Origin: Squalus acanthias
Lineage: Eukaryota
Reading direction: 5' to 3'
Length of the DNA stretch: 64,000 nt
Assembly (NCBI GenBank): GCA_030390025.1
Contig: CM059433.1
Span: forward strand, 17,176,001-17,240,000
In this document: positions 24,181 through 37,570 of the stretch, piece after piece
Layout: every line of letters starts with the position of its first letter
Numbering within the stretch: position 1 is the stretch's first letter
Notes under the pieces: generated by a model
Databases searched by the model: none
What the model was told of the DNA's origin: nothing
What the model saw: only the letters and a program-made list of their open reading frames with translations
Translations under genes and position numbers: made by a program

Positions 24181-25471
24181 GGCCCGGAATTTGCGGGCCG
24201 GATGACTGGCAGTGCTCGCCGTCATTCCGCCCTTGAAACTGACAGCAACTTCGGGATTTGGCGCAGGAGCATGTGGAAATCCTGAATTTGCGGTCTGTCA
24301 TTCACTGCTCTGACACAGACTGCGCTGTGACCCCCCCCGCCACCCCCCCGCCCACCCCCCCGCCCCCGCCACAGAGCCGGCAATCAGTGAAATCTCTCAA
24401 ATCTGGGAAACTGACCAAAACTTCAGCTCTTCCGCCGTAATTATGCTGTTAAATTCCCCACTAGACCCAAAGGCATTAGGTATAACTGGGGTTTTAACAG
24501 CACATTGACTGCAAAACATAGGTTATGGGCCTGGAAAACTAATTTTAATTTTGTGCAGTGTGAAATTTATCCATTTTAATAAAAAAAATTAAAATTTTAA
24601 AGATTTTTTTTTAAAAGCTTGTTCATCTTTATTTCAGGTTTGCATTTTCCCCATGTGAGAGCCCTAGTCTTTGTTCTGCTCTCTAACATTATTAAAAAGT
24701 TAGAATTTTAAGAGCTTACTCACTTCCTTGTTCACTGTCTGTGAGAATTTTGCATTTTGATTGGCTACTTAGACAGCTTGTTGACGTCACAGCAGCTCGC
24801 ACGCGGGGATCCCCACTATACTCCGTTGATTTGAATTGAACGTTGTCGTCAACAACAACAACTTGTATTTATAAAGCACCTTTAAAATAGTAAAGCATCC
24901 CAATGCGCTTCACAGGAGTGTTATAAGACAAAAATTTGATACCGAGCCACATAAGGAGAAATTAGGGCAGGTGACCAAAAGCTTGGTCAAAGAGGTAGGT
25001 TAAAAGGAGCGTCTTAAAGGAGGAAAGAGAGGTAGAGAGGCGCAGAGGTTTAGGGAGGGAATTCCAGAGCTTAGGGCCTAGACAGCTGAAGTCACAGCCA
25101 CCAATGGTTGAGCGATTATAATTAAGGAGGCTCAAGAGGGCAGAGTTAGAGGAGCGCAGATATCTCGGGGGGGTGGGGGGGAGGTTGTGGGGCTGGAGGA
25201 GATTACAGAGATAGGGAGGAGTGAGGCCATGGAGGGATTTGAAAACAAGGATGGGAGCCAATATAGGTCAGCGAGTACAGGAGTGATGGGTGAACAGGAC
25301 TTGGTGCGAGTTAGGACACGGGCAGCCGAGTTTTGGATGACCTGAAGTTTATGTAGGGTAGAACGTGGGAGCGAACTTCTCGACACAGAGATCGTGAGAA
25401 GTTTGTGCGAAGCTTACTTTGGGGCCAGTGGCGAACATCTTCACTTGGCCGCTGTCCGCAAATTCCAGACC
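24181..25471. mobile_element. Harbinger-type MITE in the RTE, itself holding an L2 fragment
   Basis: GGCCCGGAATTTGCGG...CCGCAAATTCCAGACC, flanks AAT/TAT; homologous to 14034-15431. Confidence 0.82.
24850..25370 (-). mobile_element. L2 LINE 3' fragment
   Basis: HKLQVIQNSAARVLTRTK...HGLTPPYL...LWNSLP...FKTLL-TYLF; (GTT)n tail. Confidence 0.9.
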
Positions 25472-26664
25472 TATGTTTATGTCCTCTCAAAAAAAAAATG
25501 GTTGTATCAGTATTGAAGCTTTGGTTATCAAAGCCCAACTTTGCTGCTCTGGCCACGTATGCCGAATAGCTGACTCCAGAATCCCAAAACTCGCAACTGA
25601 GCTTTGGCCAAAGAAGTGTTGGCAGTCAAAAAAAAGAGATATAAAGATAGTTTGATATCTAACCTGAAGAATGACGGGATTGACATTAATTCATGGGAGA
25701 AGACCATCAAAGACCACAAACCGTGACGATCCGTATGCATGCAGGAAGTTGCCGAGTTTGAACAATCTAGGATTGTCAAACAAGAAACAAAACGTAGACA
25801 GAGAAAAGAATGACAGTCTGTTGCAACTGCACCATCAACTGGGTTGTCTTTCATATGTCAGTTTCGTGGTAAAATGTATCTCGAAGATTGCTCACCAAGG
25901 TTATGGCCAATTTTAAAGCTCGAATTTTATTCGATTATCAAGGGATTGCCAATACAAATACTATACTGTATTTTATAATTAACTTTTTTATATGTAGTTA
26001 TTTTTTCCTTGTATTATTACCAACTATAGGTCCTAACAGATCTGACTGGTCTCTTTAAAAGTTCCAGACCGACTTTCCCGATTTGAACAGTTCAAGCTAA
26101 TTAAATATCCCCACAACTGTTGCTGGAACTTTGTGGATTTGAAAAACCTGTCAAATAAGTTCAAAAAGAGTTGCCAGTTGTCCAAATAACTGTATAAATC
26201 TCACAGTTGTTGTGTTCGGCTCCTCCCTCAAGCCATGCAGGCAACTGATCAAAGGTTCTGGGAACATTTATGTCAAATTACGCTGGGGGCATGAATCTGA
26301 CTGCAACTGGTTTTAAACTCCTCGGAGCTGATTTTGTGCCTGCACTGCGCCTGGAAACAAAAGGACACCCCCTTTTGGCCCTCTGTGCTTGCTGTCTGCA
26401 CCTTCTCTGATTCTCCAATCTAAGGACGCTGGATGCAAGTGCTTTGTGCACCACTCCATTCGGACCCTTGACAAATGGAAACCCAGTAAAATAAGACTGG
26501 TGGTGTCACCCCTGCCTCACTTGCATCCTACTTAGACTATTCAGTTCACTTCATGGTTTTGACTGAAACTTGACACACACATGGTGACCCCTTGCCCCTT
26601 GCTGAAGCTTGCCTGCCTAGCTACACTTTTATCATGGTCTCATCCGAACTAGAGTACTAAGAGT

Positions 26665-27213
26665 ACCATGCCTTTGTTACCTCCAGACTCGATTATTCCA
26701 GTGCTCCCCTGGCCAGCCTCCCATCTTGCACATCATAAATTTGAGCTCATCCTAACCTCTGCTGCCCGTATCCTAACTCGCACCAAGTCCTGTTCACCTG
26801 TGCTCGCTGACCTATATTGGCTCCTGGCCCAGCAATGCCTCAGATTTAAAATTCTCATCCTTGTGTTGAAATCTATCCATGGTCTTGCCTCTCTCTATCT
26901 CTCTAACCTACTCCAGCCCTCCGAAAACTCTGAATTCCTCGATTTTCATCGCCCCACCGTTGGCGGCCTTGCCTTCAGCTGTCTAGGCTCAAAGCTCTGG
27001 AATTCCCTCCCTAAATTTCTCCATCTCTCTACCTCTCGCTCCTCCTTTAAGACGCTCCTTAAAACCTACCTCTTTGACTAAGTTTTTAGTCACCTGCCTT
27101 GCTATCTCCTTGTGTGAGTCATGTCAAATTCTGTCTGAATATAGCTCCAGTGAAGCGCCTTGGGACGTCTTACTAGGTTAAAGGTGCTATATAAATGCAA
27201 GTTGTCATTGTTG
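26665..27213 (+). mobile_element. L2 LINE 3' fragment
   Basis: ORF 26668-27081 is an L2 C-terminus; tail AAAGGTGCTATATAAATGCAAGTTG. Confidence 0.88.
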
Positions 27214-27306
27214 TAAGATCCTCATGGGGTATTATGGAATCTAAAAATTATTGCGTGGTGAGAAAGATCTGAAAGGCAATGAGCATGCTGTCATTCATAG
27301 AATTAA

Positions 27307-27929
27307 GGGGGAAAAATTCGGCTGCTTTGTGCCTCGTTAGCGCCCTAAGAGGGTGCTAACGGGGTGCAAAGCAACTAGCGCCCGGGCGCGGCGCCGCCAA
27401 CGCCTCCCGCGAAATTCAGCAGGAGGTTAGCGGCGGCAGTAACGGTTAGCGCCCTGCGGCACTGCGCCGCCGGCGATGACGTCATCGCCGTGCGCAGTGC
27501 CCCGCTTGCGCCCCGGCCACGATCTTCGATAGCGCCCCCTGACTTACCGCCGGACGCTATGCCGGGGCGGCGCTATTTAAAGGCGAGGTGCCGGGCGGCC
27601 ATTTTTGTTGCTGGCCGCATGCCAGCACCTGCCTCCGCTGCCGTCGCCAGCCTCCTGACCCGCCCCCCCGCGGAGTGCCGGCTGCGCTCCAAGAGCCCGG
27701 CGCTTCTCTTGAGTGCTGGGCTCTTTTGGCGGCACTCCGATCCCCAGTGGCCCAGCTGGGCTCCGGGTGGCGCTGCGCAAGGCCCCTCCCCTTCCAGTAG
27801 CGCCCCGCTTCCCTCTTGGGGCGCTACCACTCAATTTCGGCCGCGGGGGCGCTAATTTTTCCGGGGCGCTACTTTTAGCACCCCAGCGAAGTTAGCGCCC
27901 CAAAAGGGATGGGACTCAATTTTTCCTCC
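27307..27929. mobile_element. GC-rich Harbinger MITE with an internal deletion
   Basis: GGGGGAAAAATT...AATTTTTCCTCC, TSD TAA/TAA; lacks a block present in 23103-23800 and 49760-50532. Confidence 0.9.
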
Positions 27930-28222
27930 TAATTGTTTTGTTGCACTGTAGATACTGGTCTGAGAGCGGTGCACTGCTGGCAAATTCCAGGTGTACTGCC
28001 GGCTGCATCTTACTGCAGGTCGCACTGATCTTAACATTATGCTCTGCACATGTATGTGATGGATTACAGTGTCATTTCTTTCATAATATTCAGAAGATTC
28101 TTACTAAGTTTAAAAGATCCTTGGAAATCTAAATGACTCCCTGGGCACTTTTAAAACATGTCTTTGTGTAAAGGACTGGAATTATGCAAGACTTAGTGCA
28201 AAGTCAAATGGTCGGAGATTAT

Positions 28223-28985
28223 GGCCCAGAAATTTGACTCGGAGGCTTGCCGCGGGGGTAAGGATCGCGTGCGATATCACACTCCGCGCCGGCCGTTGTG
28301 TTTTGGGCCCACAGGAACTTCGGGTCCTGGGCCTCTCCCTAGTGCCGGCGCGCAGTGCTGTGCGTGTCCCAGGGGCGCAGTTAGTGCGATGCGACCTCTG
28401 GGATCACGTGGGCCATGGAGAGCCAATGGCAGCAGACCATCTTTCATTCATAGATTTGACAGGAGACCTGTCAAATCTGTGAATTGAAAGAGACCCCAAA
28501 AGAACAGCTAAACCTCAAATAAATTTAAAAAAAACCATCACATTAATAAAATAACTATAGTTAAATAAATTAACCACTTTAAGCAAAAATTTAAATTTTT
28601 GAAAAAATTAATTTTTTTTTAAAAGTTATAAAAATAAACTTACCTTTCTTTAAAGTCTCTAAAAAAGATAAACCTGTTGAAAAAAATTAAAAATTATACT
28701 TAATTAACTACTTACCTTGTTCAAAAGGGGTCTTACGCCTCCTTTTTTCTTGTGTAAAATCTTCCATACTTACCCTCGCGTTGAAACCTGAAAAAAAAAC
28801 GAAGTGTGCTGCGTGCGCGCAGCCTGTAGTGCGCACGCGGTTCACCTAGGAACCGCCCCCTTCGCCATACCGGAAGTGCCGGTTTCCCGCGCATGCGCAG
28901 TGCATGCAGGAAACCGGCACTTCGGGACCGAATACGGGTGAGTACGCAGCGGGTACTCTCCCGTATTCGGCCGAATTTTTGGGCC
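28223..28985. mobile_element. Harbinger-type MITE with internal hairpins
   Basis: GGCCCAGAAATT...AATTTTTGGGCC, TSD TAT/TAT; palindromes at 28871-28925 and 28928-28970. Confidence 0.82.
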
Positions 28986-29303
28986 TATTTAGTGTAGGTA
29001 GTCTTGCACCTCCTGAGAACTGATGATTGATTTTACTGATGCTTTTACATTGATGGACATTGGAAACTGCCTTAATATGAGTGAAATGTAATAAGTAAAA
29101 GTATGCAGCTCCTAATTATAAAACAAAAAAACTGGAAAATACTTTATTTTTAAACTTCATCTTTTCTCTGAAAGTGCATGTGAAAATAAATCCATTAGCC
29201 ATGGCCATTTTTGGTTGAAGATGTTTATCACCATTATGACTGAAAAGCAGCAGGAAAAATATTCTCATTTTTAGCACTGATGTTTTGCTTACACACTTAT
29301 ATA

Positions 29304-29770
29304 GAAAGAAAGACTTGAATTTATATAGCGTCTTTCACGACCACCAGACGTCTCAAAGCACTTTACAGCCAACGCAGTACTTTTGAAGTGGAGTCACTGT
29401 TGTAATGTGGGAAACGCGGCAGCCAATTTGCGCACAGCAAGCTCCCACAAACAGCAATGTGAAAATGACCAGATAATCTGTTTTTGTTATGTTGGTTGAG
29501 GGAGAAATATTGGCCAGGACACTGAGAATAACTCCCCTACTCTTCTTTGAAATAGTGCCATGGGATCTTTTACGTCCACCTGAGAGAGCAGACGGGGCCT
29601 CGGTTTAACGTCTCATCTGAAAGACGGCACCTCCGACAGTGCAGCACTCCCTCAGCACTGCACTGGAGTGTCAGCCTAGATTTATGTGCGCAAGTCCTTG
29701 GAGTGGGACTTGAACCCACAACCTTCTGACTCAGAGGCGAGTGTGCTACCCACTGAGCCACAGCTGACAC
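29304..29770 (-). mobile_element. Full-length Deu-domain SINE (SacSINE1-like)
   Basis: A box TGGCTCAGTGG, B box GGTTCAAGTCC, core GATGAGACGTTAAACCGAGG...AAAGATCCCATGGCAC typical of the Deu domain, L2-like tail. Confidence 0.85.
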
Positions 29771-31029
29771 TATATAATAATTTTAACAGGTTTTTTTTTG
29801 ATTGTACATTTCTATAAGAACATTGTTAATAGAAGCATGGTGTTTTGCATGTCAGTTTGTTTGATCTCTATAAACCATACATCTGTGATCTTTTGGTACA
29901 ACATTTAGAAGTAAAATTAAGCTATTAACATATAGCAAAGATGCCTTTGCTTGACTTCTCGCACAAATATATTATCCACAGAGCATAGTTTTCATATGAC
30001 ATGAATAGAAATGTTGAGATTGATAAAATGACTTAATTTGAGATAAATTGATGCTTGATGGATCCTTTCAAGGATTTATGCAGTGATATCACGCTTTATA
30101 GCCCTTAGCTAAATGTTATGCAGCATTGAATTACAATGATTTTCCAGATCATTTTAAAAATCCATTGTTCCAAAATTACAATTAAAATCAAAAGAGACTG
30201 TATCGTTTGCACACCCTTAAACTTTATTTCAAGTAAAAGATTTAAAAAAACAGAATCTGATCTTTAGCTGTGTGATCATTTTCTCTGGTTTCTCTCTGAC
30301 TGCTGCGGAGTTATCATCTGCTTATCTACCATCTACAATAGGGCTTAATTTGTGTTAAATACTCATTTGTTTATTAGTCTGAAAATTCTGCAACCTTCTG
30401 AATGTGGTAGTCTAATCGGATATAAATTTGCATAATTTTCCCACAGGTGAAAACAAAGCTAATACTCTCTATTATGACATTCCAAAACAAAATTATTTTT
30501 TAATGACTTGATAACAACAGAATGTAATTTTTAATGTGTTTAAAATAGGTACTTAGGGAGTTATAACAGGTGTATCCAAACAAAATTAGCATCCAGTTTA
30601 TAAGAAACTGTTTTAATTATAATCTTTAATTACTATAAATTGAATGGTCATGTCATGTTTCAAGTGTCACTTGCCCCAGCAATTGCTCTAAAATGACATT
30701 GCAAAGATTCCCCCTCAAAAAACGGAGAGCTGTCACATATTTCAGTAGTACTCTGCAATGGCGTATTTCAACACAAAAGAACAGTATTAATTGCTTGAGC
30801 TTTTGAATGAAGTCCAAAACAGTTACACAAATATCTGGTTAACTTTGTTTTAAACAATGATACACTTTTAAGCATATCTTTTAAAATGTCTGAATGTCTC
30901 CTTCATATTAATATTTGCAATAAAGATGAAATGCTTTTGTCTAACAATAACAGTTTGAAATAAATGCTATAAGAGACCAATTTTAGTATTGCAAGTTCTA
31001 AATATTTTTCATTTGTGTTCCTTGAACAG

Positions 31030-31084
31030 ATACTGCCTGGTATTCTGCAGAAGCATTGCTGTATGATACCTGAAAGGAACACAG
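31030..31084 (+). CDS. Candidate 55-nt exon (ILPGILQKHCCMIPERNT)
   Basis: Pyrimidine-rich acceptor ending ttgaacag, strong donor CAG|gtaaat, open frame, phase 0 to 1, in unique sequence. Confidence 0.45.
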
Positions 31085-31330
31085 GTAAATGATTCCCTTT
31101 GTGCTATTATCATATTTTATCAACATGACAAAAATTTCATAATTTTGAAATTGTTACATTATTTATTTTTATTTTCATAATTGAAGTTGAGAGCTGAACA
31201 CATGTGATCTCTGCATTACTGACATTGACAGTCGCATTTTTTTGTGAGTAAGGAACTCTAAACAAATGATGTACCTACCAAACTTTTCTAAATAATGAAC
31301 TTTTAGGAAAGATGGAAAATGCATAGAATT

Positions 31331-31370
31331 GTGTGTGTGTATATATACATATATATATATATAGATATAT
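31331..31370. repeat. (GT)n(AT)n microsatellite
   Basis: Read directly from the sequence. Confidence 0.85.
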
Positions 31371-31414
31371 GCATATTTGGAGAAAGCGAGTAGGAAACCT
31401 AAAAAAATGTCTTG

Positions 31415-31845
31415 CATAAGAACATAAGAAATAGGAGCAGGAATTGGCCACTTGGCCCCTCGAGCCTGCTCCGCCATTCAATAAGATCATGGCTGATCTT
31501 GGGCTCAAAGCCACTTCCCTGCCCGCTCCCCATAACCCTTCACTCCCTTATCTTGTAAAAATCTATCTATCTCCACCTTAAATGTATTTAATGACCCAGC
31601 CTCCACGGCTCTCTGGGGCAGAGAATTCCGCAGATTTACGACCCTCTGAGAGAAGAAATTCCTCCTCATCTCAGTTCTAAAAGGGCGACCCTTTATTTTG
31701 AAACTATGCCCCCGAGTTCTAGATTTCCCCATGAGGGGAAACATCCTCTCTGCATCTACCTTGTCGAGCCCCCTCAGTATCTTATGTTTCAATAAGATCA
31801 CCTCTCATTCTTCTAAATTCCAATGAGTATAGGCCCAACCTGCCC
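31415..31845 (-). mobile_element. CR1 family A 3' fragment
   Basis: KILRGLDKVDAERMFP...RRNFFSQRVVN; CATAAGAA repeats at the tail. Confidence 0.92.
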
Positions 31846-32347
31846 AATATGTCTTAAAACCAAAGGATTCAAATAGTTCAAAAAAAGATAATGGGGAAAG
31901 GTATACTTTATACATCATGTGTAGCACAATTGTAAATGCATTTATAAAGAATGCATTTCTGATTTTAGTACACGAAGCACACACAAACTCTTTTCCCATA
32001 GTGTTGAGACCGAGTACTGGGGGATTAACTATTCTGTTTGTAATTAATGGATTGAGTTCGATATTCAATTGGTTCTTCCTGATGCACAAACATAAGGCCT
32101 CAGTTTGCTGGGTCCCACCTTCCACCTGCTCGTGCAGGTTTTTTTATTCACATGTGTACAGGGGAGTGACTTTTGTTGTTCACTGATCTTTTCACATTAT
32201 GGCATTGAAAATACTGTGTAAGGCATTCTTGTTATCACCTTTCAGATCTAAATTTAGAGTTTCTTAATGTGTGTTTCAGTCTTAAAGCGGAATTTTTAGA
32301 AATTTTAAACATTGACTAAATTTGTAGATTGCATCAGAAAAGTATTC

Positions 32348-33754
32348 TCAAAGGGAATTGAGGTCAACTGTAAAGATATGTATCTGAATGTTGATTATAG
32401 GGTGCAACAGATTGATTCCATATATTAGAGCCTCCTTGTGATCTGTCCAGATGTGTAAATGTTTTCTGCTTTTGTCTTTGCATATTTTGATGCAGTGGTT
32501 CATGCTGTCTGCAATCACCAATTCTCCATTTGGTGTCAGAGCTAGTCCTTGCGGACCCCTCAGTCCTACTGTCACTATATCTATCAGCCATTGCCCCTCA
32601 TTATTTAGAAGTACAACTTTGTTTGCGGAATAATCTGATCCCAGGATATGATTATCTCTGTCCACACACACACACACACACCCGTTGGTTGTTGAAGTGC
32701 TTGATTACTTCCATACTCTGGACCTATACTCCACAGAAGGCTCCCAGCCTGATCAAATCATTTCACATTATTATTGGTTCTGACAACAATATTATCTTCA
32801 TGAGTGCAAGACAAAAACCGTGGGTTCATGAGACCCCTTGCTACTTGCAAATGCAACATTTTACCACTGCTCCAGTCAACAGACATAATATAAAGACCTC
32901 CTAGCCCACCACTGTCTGTCACTATGATCTGTCCCTTTGAATTCACAACAACGCCAAATGGAGATTGCCAGCCCAATTTTAAATGGAAAAGTAACTGTTC
33001 GTCCCTTGCATACACAGAAACCTGTTGTTTATTGCATTCAACAACAAGGACTAAATAACTTAAGCTAGTGATTGAAATACCTGTTGGACTGTATGGCCTT
33101 TTAGAATTTGGCTGTTGTATGTCATTAAAAGAGGTGTAAAACTTGCCTGAACAATCTAGTGTTTGCACTGTGTGGGTTGTCTTGTCAGTCACCAAACATG
33201 ATGCCATCGTGAGCTACGGCAACCCCAGTTGGACAGTTGAAAAGCTCCTGACCTTTGTCTTGACTGCTGAACTGTTGAACTATTTTGTTGGAGAAAAGAG
33301 CAGTGTAATTTTCAGCTTTAATTGTGTATCTTGTCGTGATAATAGGCTCCTCTTTACCAGGATGTGAAATGTACCAGGGTGCAGGAGGCACTAAGTTCTG
33401 TATTGTATTAGTCTCGTGTGTGATAACCTGAGGCACACATTCAAGAATTGGAGCAGATGCAAGAGAACAGGGCATGCAATCATCTAATTCTTGTAGTGTC
33501 TGTATCTGTGACAGTAGCTCAACATCAGATGCATTGTTCATGAGATGTTCCAAAGACTGTGAAAGACCTTCGGTCTGTTCCATCTGCTTGGTTGCTTCCT
33601 GCACCGTTTTCTCAAGCTGTTTCTGTTTCTCCCGACAGAAATCCAAAGTTATGCGAATTCGCTCCCTGTAGTTCAATGCTGCTGACTCCACATTAGTTAA
33701 CTTGATGCAGTTTTTTGTAATGTGTGGTTAAGAGCACAGCTAGGACACAACAGC
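32348..33754 (-). pseudogene. TRIM-NHL pseudogene, 3' exon: second half of the B-box, coiled coil and NHL repeats
   Basis: Acceptor tttcttttcctgtcag; LLCPSCALNH; heptad-rich region; NHL motifs FNCPTGVAV, YSPTGISI, SPFGVVVNSKGQIIVTD, NPRFL, QPTGVCVD, GPQGLALTPNGELVIADSMNHCIKI; at least three frameshifts and an in-frame TGA at 32758-32760. Confidence 0.88.
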
Positions 33755-35044
33755 CTGACAGGAAAAGAAATACATTTTTAAGAAACCTGCATCTGCAAAA
33801 GTTAATAAATGCTAAAAAGACCGGATGAATCAACAGGAATGTAAAATATTCTTCATCTTAATTCACATGTACAATAAGTGCAAACTCTTCCATGTTTACA
33901 GTTAGACACTACTGATCTGTGGCAAGAGTGAAGTATGAACCAGACTGAGGGATTAGTCATTCAAGAATCAGCTCTAGTTCATTCAACTAAAATGAACAGA
34001 AATGGGGAAAAAAAACTCTTCTCCTCCTCCCCAAATGCTGTTAAATTCCAAGTACCACAGTTAGTCTAAAATGCGAAATAAGGAAAGTCTGAGAAATGTC
34101 TCTCCTTTTGTAGGTAGGAACAATGTAATCTTCCCCTACAGTTCCTATAATCACCTTCCTATTAAGTTATATTTAAGTTTTTTCTCTTGCTGTTGACATC
34201 CATGTGTAACTCTAAGCTTCATGGTCATTACCTGCTCTTACATTCTGCATAGACAGACCCCTGATCTCCTTTACATGAGTCTGGCATACATGCATAGTGC
34301 CTTGGTATCCACTACTAAACCAGAATCTGTAATATTTGTCAGCATTGTTTTAAAGGAAGCCTGAAAAGGGTTTTATAGACAGCACTTAAATCAGTGTAAA
34401 ACAGCTGAAATAACCCCTGAACAAAATATAAATGCTCAGAGAAAGTCGATTGAGCACAGTGTCCCTGTCGACAAATTTTATAAAACCAAAAGAAAGTAAA
34501 GTGGGTTTGCCCTATATTAGTAACAGCCACTTTCAAACCGCCACTGAAACATAAAAACACAACTTCATCAGCTGATAAACCAACCAGCTTGCCCCTTCGT
34601 CCAAGTCACATTTCAGGACACGGAATGACCATTTTATTTGTCTATTCTGTCATGTATCTCGCCTTTATCCTGCTCTAAGCCTATTTCTCTGTTCTCACCA
34701 CTGAGTCAAATATCTATTTTATTCTCTTGAATTTTTCAGCTGAACATATTGTACAAGATAACAATCTACTCCATAAGTCAATAACATTATGCACAAACTA
34801 ATAATTTTTGAAAATAAGTCTAGATGTATTTAGAGTTAGCTTACAACTTCATCGGCTGATAATACACCAGGTCCTCTGGTTCTCCACAAAATACCTGTAC
34901 ATTCAGATGCTAGTTGAAGTTACATGAATTTCAAAACCAAAATGCCCTGAAGAATGCACCACCTCAAACTGGCTTTTATGACCAATTCATGAAGAAAGTC
35001 TGTGCCAAACTACTGTTTATATTACTTCCTGTGCTGCATCCTAG

Positions 35045-35071
35045 AAATTGCAGCTCTGCAGATCATTACAG
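35045..35071 (+). CDS. Candidate 27-nt symmetric microexon (E-IAALQIIT)
   Basis: Acceptor catcctag, donor CAG|gtaaca, length divisible by three, phase 1 to 1. Confidence 0.3.
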
Positions 35072-35127
35072 GTAACACTTTTAGCCTCCTCTCGGATGGA
35101 GGCAGGGGTATAATCCTATCCAGAATA

Positions 35128-36213
35128 CATAGAAACATAGAAAAATAGGAGCAGGAGTAGGCCATTCGGCCCTTCGAGCCTGCTCCGCAATATGATCATG
35201 GTTGATCCTCTATCTCAATACCATACCCCTGCTCTCTCCCCATACCCCTTGACGCCTTTTGCGTCTAGAAATTTATCTATCTCCTTAAATATATTCAGTG
35301 ACTTGGCCTCCACAGCCTTCTGTGGTAGAGAATTCCACAAGTTCACCACCCTCTGAGTGAAGAAATTTCTCCTCATCTCAGTCCTAAATGTCCTACCCCG
35401 TATCCTGAGACTGTGATCCCTTGTTCTAGACCCCCCCCAGCCAGGGGAAACATCCTCCCTGCATCCAGTCTGTCGAGCCCTGTCAGAATTTTATACGTTT
35501 CAATGAGATCCTCTCTCATTCTTCTAAACTCTAGTGAATACAGGCCTAGTTGACCCAATCTCTCCTCATACGACAGTCCTGCCATCCCAGGAATCAGTCT
35601 GCTGAACCTTCGCTGCACTCCCTCTATGGCAAGTATATCCTTTCTTAGGTAAGGAGACCAAAACTGCACACACTACTCCAGGTGTGGTCTCACCAAGGCC
35701 CTGTATAACTGTAGTAAGACATCCTTGCTCCTGTACTCAAATCCTCTTGCAATGAAGGCCAATATACCATTTGCCTTCCTAACTGCTTGCTGCACCTGCA
35801 TGTTTGCTTTCAGTGACTGGTGTACAAGGACACCCAGGTCCCTTTGTACATCAACATTTCCCAATCTAGCACCATTTAAATAATACTCTGCCTTTCTGTT
35901 TTTCCTACCGAAGTGGATAACTTCACATTTATCCACATTATACTGCATCTGCCATGTTTTTGCCCACTCACTCAACTTGTCTAAATTGTCTTGAAGCCTC
36001 TTTGCATCCTCCTCACAACTCACAATCCCACCTAGTTTTGTGTCGTCAGCAAACTTGGAAATATTACATTTGCTTCCCTCATCCAAATCATTGATATATC
36101 TTGTGAATAGCTGGGGCCCAAGCACTGATCCCTGCAGTACCCCACTAGTCACCGCCTGCCACCCCAAAAAAGACCCATTTATTCCTACTCTCTGTTTCCT
36201 GTCTGTTAACCAA
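35128..36213 (-). mobile_element. CR1 3' fragment (RT C-terminal half)
   Basis: SGVLQGSVLGP, KFADDTKLGG, LVRPHLE; CATAGAAA tail repeats. Confidence 0.93.
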
Positions 36214-36886
36214 TACCTAGTTCAAATATTGAAATCCATTCCAAAAAATGCCCAGATACTCAAACAACCCACCATGAGGCCTATTAGTCACAACCCTGTA
36301 TTTAGAAATTTTGTAGTCAACGGGTTTGCATCCCTAGTTAAGACCACTGAGGCATCCTTTAGCTTCTCAAATGAGGACCCTGTGTTTTTCCCTTGACTTG
36401 TTCATGGTACACCTCCAACCCTAATTTAGTTGCAGTAAGAAGGAAAACAAATTACCCTGAATCATCATCGGAGGAGGAGGGTGAATAGGAAGAATGGGAC
36501 AAAGCCAGCTGGATGTCTAACAAACCTTATTTAAATCTTAATGCCAGAGTGACGACTATAATCAAGATAGCATTCACTGCGAGTTCTTTTTTATTTGTTC
36601 TGGGGATGTGGGCTGAACTTGTGGCAGCACAAGAAACAAAGTGTGCAGCAGGTCTGTCTCCAAACTTAGCTGCCCTAGGATGAGGGATTCTTCAGTTTCG
36701 AGGTTCATGATGAAGTGGAACAGCTAGTCACCTCAGGTACTCCTACCACTCTGGTTGCACCTAGAAGAAGCAGTAGATTAGGGTAACAGGTGGAAAAATG
36801 CAAACTGATGCCAAGGGAGAGCACAATGTTTTTTTTAAAGCAGTAAACATTATGCTAGCTGTGAAGTTGATGTACCAGGAAACATA

Positions 36887-37570
36887 GAGGTGAATCTTAA
36901 CTCCCAAAAACGGGTGGGTTGGGGTCAGGTCAGTGGGTACATTTTTTAAAATCTCAAACCCGACCTCACCTCTGGGTCTAATGGAGTCGGGACAAGGGAC
37001 GGGCAGCCAATCCGCTCCCAGGAGGCGGGTTGGCAATTTAAATATTTTAATGAGGCTGGCAGCCTCAGATTTAACCTGAATTGCAGGTTTAACAGTGACC
37101 GGCTGGGTTTCCCAGGCCTCGGGAAACCTGGCAGCTGAAGGGAGGCGAGGACAACTTTGGGGAGAAGGTAAGTGCCTTTACAGCACTGCTTGTGGGCGAG
37201 GAGGAGCAGGAGTGGTTCTCCCCAGCCCCCCAAGCTCCCCCCCACCCCCATCAGACCACCCCCCCCCATACAAAGACCCATGGGGACGGGGATTGGACAC
37301 CCCCCCCCCCCCAACCCCCTGGGGTTGGGGATCGGACCTACCTACTTCTGCAGCCTTCTCTGGAGTCCTCCCTGCTCGACTGGAAACCAAGCCTGTCAAT
37401 CAGGCTGACTTCCGTGTGGGAAACCGGGCAAGTACAAAAGACGCACGCTGTGGAGTTAAAATTCCACAGAACGCGGGGAAACCCGGTCTTTCGGGTTCCC
37501 CGTCAGGAACTCCCCCCCACCCCCCCCCCCCACCCCGCTTACGTAACCCGCCCCTGTTAATATCCAGGCC
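36887..37570. mobile_element. Harbinger-type MITE with degenerate TIRs
   Basis: GAGGTGAATCTTAAC...GTTAATATCCAGGCC, flanks ATA/ATT, GC-rich body similar in layout to the other MITEs. Confidence 0.6.

Larger units (their letters stand above)
22328..25955 (+). mobile_element. Decayed RTE-clade LINE with an inverted 5' piece, split by two MITEs
   Basis: IYKKKGEKSDCSNYRGI, MAFIDLAKAYDSV, TGVKQGCVIAP, GSYLSKNANIDEEIQHRI, GHVCRIADSRIPK in RTE order. Confidence 0.85.

Noticed and set aside
30447..30511. Candidate terminal exon GENKANTLYYDIPKQ
   Set aside because: Good acceptor only; nothing else supports it.
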